Shown here in pieces: positions 1-6,688 of a DNA stretch of 64,000 nt (the first letter of the stretch is position 1; every line of letters starts with the position of its first letter). Location of the stretch: IMG/VR virus record IMGVR_UViG_3300017917_000952, positions 62,001-126,000 of that record. One strand, given 5' to 3'. Under the pieces are notes generated by a model. It saw only the letters and a program-made list of their open reading frames with translations. It made no database searches and had not been told where the DNA came from. A program made the position numbers and the translations under genes.

Positions 1-330
1 AATATCAAAATCTACAATCTTATGAGGAATATTGTAGGCCTTACAAAATTCTCTAGCATAAACTATGTCGTGTTCATTAGTTCCAGCATTATGTCTGAGA
101 GTTAATGCTGTAAATTCTATACCTGCTTTAATAAAACTTCTAGCAGCAACTTCACCGTCTATCCCGCCGCTTAGACATAGGAATAAAGGCTTGTCAGTAA
201 GAGCTCTAATATTTTTTGCTGTTTGAATTAATTCACTTTTCCAATCTAACAGCGGGCGGCTTATGGGATTGAAATTTATCTTAAAGGTGCCGTCCTGGTT
301 AAGTAGATAAGTAAAGTTTACATTATTCAT
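1..330 (-). CDS. PP-loop (adenine nucleotide alpha-hydrolase) ATP pyrophosphatase-like protein, truncated at window edge
   Basis: Not in ORF track. Hand translation from CAT at 328-330 gives MNNVNFTYLLNQDGTFKINF...LFLCLSGGIDGEVAARSF...HDIVYAREFCKAYNIPHKIVDFDI, open to base 1. SGGxD PP-loop motif plus the typical downstream 'A..FC...IPH.IVD' segment. Confidence 0.7.
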   Translation of the reverse strand, partial: MNNVNFTYLLNQDGTFKINFNPISRPLLDWKSELIQTAKNIRALTDKPLFLCLSGGIDGEVAARSFIKAGIEFTALTLRHNAGTNEHDIVYAREFCKAYNIPHKIVDFDI

Positions 331-339
331 GGGTAGAGG

Positions 340-346
340 TATTTAT
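340..346 (-). promoter_or_regulatory. T4-late-like promoter motif ATAAATA
   Basis: 10 nt upstream of minus-strand CDS 1-330. Confidence 0.45.
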
Positions 347-716
347 GTTAAATTTAATGGTTAAATCAAAAATTCACAGGGCAACAGTTACAGATGGAAA
401 TCTTGCATACAAGGGAAGTATAACAGTAGATAGGAAGTTAATGAAGGCAGCAAATTTGCGACCTTTTGAATTCGTTCATGTTAACAATCTAAGCAATGCC
501 CAACACTGGGAAACTTATGTAATTCCTGGAAACGACGGAGAGATTATCCTAAACGGGCCACCTGCAAGATTATTTCAAAAGGGCGACAAAGTTGTTATAT
601 TAGGGTTCAGTTATCTATCAAACGACGAATTATCTACATTTGAGCACGTAGATGTAATGGTTACAGAAACTAACGAAATCACTAACGTGATCGTTTCAAA
701 AAGCGATTTTGAATAA
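345..716 (+). CDS. panD: Aspartate 1-decarboxylase (pyruvoyl-dependent)
   Basis: KSKIHRATVT, Gly-Ser autocleavage site (YKG/SITVD), ETYVI (Tyr58), NG..ARL, GDKVVI; SD-like AGAGGT upstream. Confidence 0.93.
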   Translation: MLNLMVKSKIHRATVTDGNLAYKGSITVDRKLMKAANLRPFEFVHVNNLSNAQHWETYVIPGNDGEIILNGPPARLFQKGDKVVILGFSYLSNDELSTFEHVDVMVTETNEITNVIVSKSDFE

Positions 717-719
717 ATA
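713..719 (+). promoter_or_regulatory. T4-late-like promoter motif ATAAATA
   Basis: Upstream of holin-like gene. Confidence 0.5.
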
Positions 720-736
720 AATTAACACTACACAAA

Positions 737-1270
737 ATGGAGCAACACATGTCCGAAGAAAAAATGAGCGAAAGCCAAAAGAAAAAAGAAGATTGGATGA
801 ACGCTAAATGGCGTCCTATGATGGGATGGATGTACATGGTCGTCTGTATGATGGACATGGTAATCTTTCCTGTTCTTTGGAGTCTATTGCAAACATTCGC
901 AAAAGTACCTCTAACCCAGTGGAACCCATTAACTCTACAGGGTGCTGGACTATTCCATATCGCTATGGGTGCAGTTCTAGGTATTGCAGCATTTGGAAGA
1001 ACACAAGAAAAATTAAACGGAGCAAACAATGGCGGCGCACAATTACCATCAAGCGGGTTTGCAGCATCTAGCGTACCTGCGTCAGGCGGTTTCGGAACAC
1101 CAGTTGCAGCAAGCGGCTTTGGGGCAGTCGGTAGCACAGTACCCGCGTATGGCGGAGGTGGCTTTGGAAGCGTATCTAGTACACCAACAGCGGACACAGG
1201 CTTCGGACAAGTTACCACAGGTTTCGGAGGAAAGCCTGCACCAATCCAACCTCCACAACCGTTAATTTAA
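737..1270 (+). CDS. 3-TM holin-like membrane protein (GTA_holin_3TM-like) with Gly/Phe-rich C-terminal tail
   Basis: KWRPMMGWMYMVVC...QWNPLTLQGAGLFHIAMGAVLGIAAFGRTQEK; hydrophobic segments then low-complexity tail. Confidence 0.6.
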   Translation: MEQHMSEEKMSESQKKKEDWMNAKWRPMMGWMYMVVCMMDMVIFPVLWSLLQTFAKVPLTQWNPLTLQGAGLFHIAMGAVLGIAAFGRTQEKLNGANNGGAQLPSSGFAASSVPASGGFGTPVAASGFGAVGSTVPAYGGGGFGSVSSTPTADTGFGQVTTGFGGKPAPIQPPQPLI

Positions 1271-1280
1271 GGAAACACTT

Positions 1281-1508
1281 ATGAAGAAAATTATTTTTGT
1301 TGCAGGTCTTGCCCTAAGCCTAGCATTCCCAACATTTGCAGCAGACGAAGGTCCGGGCAAAGGTGAAATGAAAACTGTTTGCCATCCAAAAAAAGATAAG
1401 GCCGGCAAAGAGGTAAAAGGTAAAGACGGAAAAGTTGTAGAAGAATGCAAGCAGATCAAGGTTCGCAAGAAACTAGAAGGAACAGAAATTCCTCCTGCTA
1501 AGAAGTAA
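1281..1508 (+). CDS. Small secreted Lys-rich protein with signal peptide and two Cys
   Basis: MKKIIFVAGLALSLAFPTFA-ADE signal peptide; AAGGA SD upstream. Confidence 0.7.
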   Translation: MKKIIFVAGLALSLAFPTFAADEGPGKGEMKTVCHPKKDKAGKEVKGKDGKVVEECKQIKVRKKLEGTEIPPAKK

Positions 1509-1512
1509 CTAC

Positions 1513-1541
1513 TTGACAAATCCAAAAAGGTATAGTAAAAT
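1513..1541 (+). promoter_or_regulatory. sigma70-like promoter for dnaJ-def-clpA
   Basis: TTGACA-N17-TAAAAT. Confidence 0.7.
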
Positions 1542-1556
1542 TTACTATACCTTTTT
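1524..1556. terminator. Perfect 16-bp inverted repeat (terminator and/or operator)
   Basis: AAAAAGGTATAGTAAA-A-TTTACTATACCTTTTT; A/T tracts on both sides. Confidence 0.55.
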
Positions 1557-1561
1557 CTATT

Positions 1562-2398
1562 ATGGCTGACCATTATCAAACACTCGGCGTAGACCGAACT
1601 GCCTCACAAGATGATATCAAAAAAGCGTTCCGCAAACTTGCGGCACAGCATCATCCTGACCGCGGCGGGGACACGGCCAAATTTCAAGAAATACAGGCTG
1701 CGTATGCTACACTTAGCGATCCAGAAAAACGGGCGCAGTACGACAACCCTACTCCACAATTTGAAGGCTTCCGACAATATGGCGGTATGCCTCCCGGGTT
1801 TGAAGATGTTATAAATCAAATGTTTGGAGGTAATCATCCGTTTAATGATATTTTTGGAAGACCGCATCCGACTCAACCTAAAAACAGAATATTAAACATC
1901 CAGACTACAATTACATTGGAAGAAGCATTCTCTGGTAAGGAGATGGTGGCGAACATCACTCTGCCCAGCGGCCGTGATCAAATTTTACAAATTAAAATTC
2001 CTGCCGGTATACAAGACGGTACCGTTCTACGTCTATCAGGTATGGGGGATGACAGTGTTAAGAATGCCCCACGAGGTGACATACATCTAACTGTTAGCAT
2101 ACAGCCTCATAAAATATTTCATAGAACAGGCGATGATCTAAATTGCACAATGAACTTAAACTGCATCGATGCAATGACTGGTAAAACTATCCAGATAGAA
2201 ACTGTAGATAAGAAAACACTCGAAGTTGCTGTTAAGGCCGGAACACAACACGGACAAATAATGAGTGCTGCCGGCTATGGTATGCCTAAGATGTCGGACA
2301 ATAGATTTCGGGGACGATTACTAATTCATATCAATATCGTAATCCCAGACAATCTGTCAGACGCACAAAAGCAGATACTCAAAGAACATTTTCAGTAA
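1562..2398 (+). CDS. dnaJ: DnaJ/CbpA-type co-chaperone (J domain plus C-terminal domain, no Zn finger)
   Basis: DHYQTLGV...AFRKLAAQHHPDRGG; G/F-rich linker; GDIHL and GRLLIHINIVIP C-terminal motifs. Confidence 0.92.
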   Translation: MADHYQTLGVDRTASQDDIKKAFRKLAAQHHPDRGGDTAKFQEIQAAYATLSDPEKRAQYDNPTPQFEGFRQYGGMPPGFEDVINQMFGGNHPFNDIFGRPHPTQPKNRILNIQTTITLEEAFSGKEMVANITLPSGRDQILQIKIPAGIQDGTVLRLSGMGDDSVKNAPRGDIHLTVSIQPHKIFHRTGDDLNCTMNLNCIDAMTGKTIQIETVDKKTLEVAVKAGTQHGQIMSAAGYGMPKMSDNRFRGRLLIHINIVIPDNLSDAQKQILKEHFQ

Positions 2399-2401
2399 AT
2401 A
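2395..2401 (+). promoter_or_regulatory. T4-late-like promoter motif GTAAATA
   Basis: Upstream of def, overlapping dnaJ stop. Confidence 0.4.
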
Positions 2402-2406
2402 CTTTT

Positions 2407-2901
2407 ATGAAGCAAGTTTTAAAATTTCCAAATGAATTACTTAGGGTTCAGGCTCCAGAATGGGATTTTGGTAATCCTCCTGTCGATCCTGCGACCTTAG
2501 AAAAAGAACTAATTGAAACCATGTTAGCCCACGACGGTATCGGGTTGGCAGCAACGCAGGTAGGATTGCTATATCGTGTATTTGTTATGGGATGGAGAGG
2601 CGCACCTGAAGAAGCAAAAGCATTTTTTAACCCCATAGTTGTTGCAACCGTAGACGAGGTTGAAGACCTCGAAGAAGGATGTTTGAGTTTTCCTGGAATA
2701 TATGTTAACATTAAACGTCCTAAAAAAATTCTTGCTAGATGGCAAAACTCAAAAGGAGAATGGGAAGAATCTGAATTCGAAGGATATAACTGTAAGTGCT
2801 TTCTACATGAACTAGATCATCTAGAAGGAATCGTTTTTCAAGACCGCGTAAGTTCCCTAAAGTGGGCCTTGGGCGTTAAAAAATCAAAAAAGAGGAAATA
2901 A
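2407..2901 (+). CDS. def: Peptide deformylase
   Basis: GIGLAATQVG, EGCLSFPG, HELDHLEG. Confidence 0.95.
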   Translation: MKQVLKFPNELLRVQAPEWDFGNPPVDPATLEKELIETMLAHDGIGLAATQVGLLYRVFVMGWRGAPEEAKAFFNPIVVATVDEVEDLEEGCLSFPGIYVNIKRPKKILARWQNSKGEWEESEFEGYNCKCFLHELDHLEGIVFQDRVSSLKWALGVKKSKKRK

Positions 2902-2907
2902 AACCAA

Positions 2908-5178
2908 ATGTTGGAACCGGATAAAGACTTAGAGAAAATTTTTGAACATGCTGTTCAACTAGCAAGTATGAACAAACACGAATACGTTACGCTAGAACAT
3001 TTTCTTTTTAGCATGTTAAGTAACGAACCGTTCGTGAAAGTATTAGAGGCATTTGGTACAGATGTAAAAACCTTTAGAGAAGACATCGAAAACTACATTG
3101 TCAACGAACTAAAAGACATTGCTAGTGAAACTGTTACTCGCCCTAAGAAAACAGTAAGTGTAGATCGAATGTTGAATCGTGCATTTACGCAGGTTCTGTT
3201 TAGCGGTCGTCAAATTATTAGCCCTGTTGACTGCTTTATTAGCCTATTCGGCGAAAAGAAAAGCCAGGCAAACTATTTCATAAGGAAAGCCAATATTGAT
3301 AAAGATATTTTCATCGACTTTATCAAGAAAGAAGTCTCTAAGAACGAAGAGGTAGAAGAAACCAAAGGTAGCAATCCTCAGATCGAAAGAATGTTGCTAC
3401 AGTTCTGCACTAACTTGAGCGCAAAGGCTAAGAGTAAAAAAATTGATCCGGTTATCGGTCGTGATAAAGAAATTGAAGAAATTCAATTAGTGCTTGCACG
3501 CCGTACAAAATCAAATGCTATTATGATCGGAGATCCCGGAGTAGGTAAGACCGCTATTGCAGAAGGTCTTGCTCGTAAGATCTACGAAGGCAATGTTCCT
3601 AAGTTTATTCAAGAGCACACAGTTTATAGTCTAGATATCAGCGGTATGCTAGCCGGTAGTAAATACCGCGGTGATTTTGAAGAACGCCTCAAGGCCGTTA
3701 TTAGTGCATTAGAGAAAAAAGGCAAGTGCATCTTGTTTATCGACGAAGCACATATGATGAATGGTGCAGGCGCTGCCGGTAACAGTAGCAATGATATGGC
3801 TAATATGCTCAAGAGCACACTAGGCAAAGGCACAATTAAGGTAATTGCTTCAACTACTTGGGACGAATATCGTAAACACTTCGAAAAAGATCGTGCGCTA
3901 ATGCGCCGATTCCAGCGTGTGGTAATTGACGAGCCCGATGAAGTAACTGCTATTAAGATTATTAAAGGTCTTAAGAAGTATTACGAAAAACATCACAGCG
4001 TTAAGATTACAAATCAAGCAGTTATTGATAGTGTCAAGTATAGTGTTAAGTATCTCAGTGATAAGAAATTACCTGACAAGGCTATCGACCTAATTGATTG
4101 TGCAAGTGCTCGCTTTAAACTTCGCAATGAAGAAGGCGGTATTGTTGACCACGATGAAATTCTATTCGAAGTTAGTCGTATTGCTAACATTCCGATTGAA
4201 GCCATTAACAGCAAAGAAACAAGTAACTTGCCTAATCTTGAAAAGAACATGAAGGCCAAGGTGTTTGGTCAAGAAACTGCTATTGATAATCTGTTAGACA
4301 AAGTGTTTATTGCACAGGCTGGCCTAAAAAATCCCAATAAGCCTGTAGGTAACTTCTTGTTTGTTGGCCCAACTGGTGTCGGTAAAACAGAAGCGGCAAA
4401 ACAACTAGCACAGAACCTAGGTATCAAATTAGTTCGCTTTGATATGAGTGAATATCAAGAACAGCATAGTGTTGCTAAATTCATCGGTGCGCCTCCAGGC
4501 TATGTAGGCTACGAGGATAACGCAGGATTGCTGATCACAAGTCTACAAGAAACACCAAACTGTGTGCTGTTGTTAGACGAAGTTGAAAAAGCACACCCAA
4601 GTGTGTTAACCGTTCTCCTACAAGTTATGGATAACGGCTTTGTTACAGGCAGCAATGGTAAGAAAGCAGATGCTCGCAATGCAATTATCATTATGACTTC
4701 TAACCTTGGTGCTGCCGATGCTGAAAAGAATGCAGTCGGTTTTGGTAGCCTAGAACGTGATAGCGATCCTAAAGATGCAATCAATAGGTTCTTTGCACCG
4801 GAATTCCGAAATCGTTTAGACGGTATCATTAGATTTGGCAAACTCGATCAGCAGACAATGATCAAGGTGGTGAAGAAATTTGTTGATGAACTTAATGCTC
4901 AGATTAAGGACAAAAATATTCATGTCAAACCAACTGTTGAAGCAGTTGAGTACTTGATCGAAAAAGGCTTTGATAGTAAAATGGGAGCTCGTCCGCTACA
5001 GAGATGCATTGATGAGATGATCAAGCGTCCCCTAAGTAAAGAGATTCTGTTTGGTAAACTATCAAATGGAGGCATTGTAGAAATCACAGTTGAAGATAAA
5101 TCTCTTAAACTCAATGTAGTAGACATTATGCCTATTAAAAAGAGCGAAGATGAAATTCAGGAAACTGACAACGCATAA
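2908..5178 (+). CDS. clpA: ClpA-type Clp protease ATP-binding subunit
   Basis: Clp N-domain (TLEHFL), two AAA+ modules (GDPGVGKT/FIDEAH; GPTGVGKT/LLDEVEKAH), no coiled-coil M domain, VGF ClpP-docking loop, MGARPL. Confidence 0.93.
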   Translation: MLEPDKDLEKIFEHAVQLASMNKHEYVTLEHFLFSMLSNEPFVKVLEAFGTDVKTFREDIENYIVNELKDIASETVTRPKKTVSVDRMLNRAFTQVLFSGRQIISPVDCFISLFGEKKSQANYFIRKANIDKDIFIDFIKKEVSKNEEVEETKGSNPQIERMLLQFCTNLSAKAKSKKIDPVIGRDKEIEEIQLVLARRTKSNAIMIGDPGVGKTAIAEGLARKIYEGNVPKFIQEHTVYSLDISGMLAGSKYRGDFEERLKAVISALEKKGKCILFIDEAHMMNGAGAAGNSSNDMANMLKSTLGKGTIKVIASTTWDEYRKHFEKDRALMRRFQRVVIDEPDEVTAIKIIKGLKKYYEKHHSVKITNQAVIDSVKYSVKYLSDKKLPDKAIDLIDCASARFKLRNEEGGIVDHDEILFEVSRIANIPIEAINSKETSNLPNLEKNMKAKVFGQETAIDNLLDKVFIAQAGLKNPNKPVGNFLFVGPTGVGKTEAAKQLAQNLGIKLVRFDMSEYQEQHSVAKFIGAPPGYVGYEDNAGLLITSLQETPNCVLLLDEVEKAHPSVLTVLLQVMDNGFVTGSNGKKADARNAIIIMTSNLGAADAEKNAVGFGSLERDSDPKDAINRFFAPEFRNRLDGIIRFGKLDQQTMIKVVKKFVDELNAQIKDKNIHVKPTVEAVEYLIEKGFDSKMGARPLQRCIDEMIKRPLSKEILFGKLSNGGIVEITVEDKSLKLNVVDIMPIKKSEDEIQETDNA

Positions 5179-5845
5179 GTTATTCTACGGAAAGTGGACA
5201 TATAAGATTCGATGCTACTGCAAAGGATCTTATATGATCGCACGCCTAGGCATTCCTTATGCTTTAAACGAGTGCATGACGAAAAAAGCAGGCGGAATAT
5301 TTCGTAGAGACTTCGAGCCAGATAAACTTATAGAGTTTATCCAAGACGTAGACCAATTCTTAGATAAAGATATTAAGGTACGAACTGAAGGTGGTATTTT
5401 TACAATCTATTGTAACGACGAAAAGTTGTTTGACAAAATGACTAAGCGTTTAGAACGCTGGATCACTGAAGTACATGTACCCGGAAATGCCGCAGAGCAG
5501 GCATTTATCGAAGAAAACGGTCGTAGAAAGATGATCTGCAATCGACTACCGTTCGAACGCTATCAATACAAAGTCTACATCAAAGAACGACTCGATATTC
5601 AAACTAGAGAACGTCTTTGGTCATGGATGGCAAAGTATGACGGAAAGTTTAGAACTCCGGTTAGGGTAGCCACTTGGCTAATGGGCCAAAAACAATGGGT
5701 AACTTGTCCTAGTATCTACGTAGAAGACGGTCCTAGTTTAAGTATGATGCTGTTATTTTTAGGCGATAGGGTATCTAAAGTAGAAGAATTTGTACCAAGG
5801 TCTGTGATAAATATCATATCAGAGGAACAGCCATGCCCAGTTTAG
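5150..5845 (+). CDS. Hypothetical protein
   Basis: 231-aa ORF in operon context, overlapping clpA end. Confidence 0.7.
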   Translation: MKFRKLTTHKLFYGKWTYKIRCYCKGSYMIARLGIPYALNECMTKKAGGIFRRDFEPDKLIEFIQDVDQFLDKDIKVRTEGGIFTIYCNDEKLFDKMTKRLERWITEVHVPGNAAEQAFIEENGRRKMICNRLPFERYQYKVYIKERLDIQTRERLWSWMAKYDGKFRTPVRVATWLMGQKQWVTCPSIYVEDGPSLSMMLLFLGDRVSKVEEFVPRSVINIISEEQPCPV

Positions 5846-6249
5846 CCCAAGGATTAGAATTCGTTACTTATACCAATACAGCAAGTGTACAGGTAACTTA
5901 CCCGCTTTTTACAAGTACCAATGAAACATTGGTCTATAAAAGCATTCCTGCTAAGGGCGATGGCTATTTCGGTAACAGCGACGGCTTGCATACTGTAATG
6001 TACACCTATGATAGCAATTTCATCGGCACTATTACAATGCAGGCTAGCCTGGCAACTAATCCCGTTGAAGCAGATTGGTTTGATGTTGCCGGAACTACCG
6101 AGGAACAAACAGAAACTAGTCCCTTTTATAACGGACTTACTGTTGCAACACAGTCAAAATACTATAACTTTACTGGCAACTTCGTCTGGGTACGAGGTGT
6201 TGTTTCCATCGAAGCAGGCCAAGTAGATAGTATTCTCTACAATCACTAA
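5833..6249 (+). CDS. Hypothetical beta-rich protein, possibly virion-associated
   Basis: 138-aa ORF preceded by ATAAATA late-type motif (5807-5813) and AGAGGA SD. Confidence 0.65.
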   Translation: MPSLAQGLEFVTYTNTASVQVTYPLFTSTNETLVYKSIPAKGDGYFGNSDGLHTVMYTYDSNFIGTITMQASLATNPVEADWFDVAGTTEEQTETSPFYNGLTVATQSKYYNFTGNFVWVRGVVSIEAGQVDSILYNH

Positions 6250-6275
6250 TTTTCCAAAAGAATAAAATATAATAA

Positions 6276-6295
6276 ATACTCTATACTTAGAGTAT
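6276..6295 (+). promoter_or_regulatory. 8-bp hairpin overlapping late-promoter motif ATAAATA (6272-6278)
   Basis: ATACTCTA-TACT-TAGAGTAT. Confidence 0.45.
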
Positions 6296-6318
6296 ATGTG
6301 TATACTTTTGGAACAATT

Positions 6319-6687
6319 ATGCTACTTAACGAATTCTTCGGAAAAAATATAGACCCTATCAAGAATATGAACAAAGGTCGCGATGATAAAAACATCAGCG
6401 ACGACCTTTTTAACTATATTATTGATCACGATAAACTGCACAAAGATTATTTCTTCCCTATTGCTGCAAAAATTAGTAAGAAAAAGGGAGATGTAGACCG
6501 TAAAGAAATGTGCAAAGAATTCCTGCCTATGGTCTTAAAAGGCTGCAAAGAATATTACGAGCACAAAAAGATGAAGGGCAAATTAGGAACAGTGTTTTCT
6601 AAAGAATTGCGTAGCGATATGTGCGAGCGACTACTAGATCATTATAAAGATGATATTGTTAGAGGCAAATATAAGGTAGGTGCATAA
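6319..6687 (+). CDS. Hypothetical protein with MxxxEF leader
   Basis: ORF track 6298-6687; likely start MLLNEFFG at 6319. Confidence 0.7.
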   Translation: MLLNEFFGKNIDPIKNMNKGRDDKNISDDLFNYIIDHDKLHKDYFFPIAAKISKKKGDVDRKEMCKEFLPMVLKGCKEYYEHKKMKGKLGTVFSKELRSDMCERLLDHYKDDIVRGKYKVGA

Positions 6688-6688
6688 T

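Noticed and set aside
1-330. Calling the PP-loop ORF queC
   Set aside because: Motif is SGGIDG (not SGGxDS), the ORF is truncated so the QueC Zn-site cannot be seen, and it is 18 kb from the deazaguanine cluster
682-1218. 178-aa minus-strand ORF, and the many other short overlapping ORFs in the track (e.g. 7294-7707, 11898-12320, 28567-28998, 30101-30643, 36388-36888)
   Set aside because: Antisense or out-of-frame shadows of well-supported genes; no SD or motifs
1524-1556. CIRCE heat-shock operator before dnaJ
   Set aside because: Sequence does not match TTAGCACTC-N9-GAGTGCTAA
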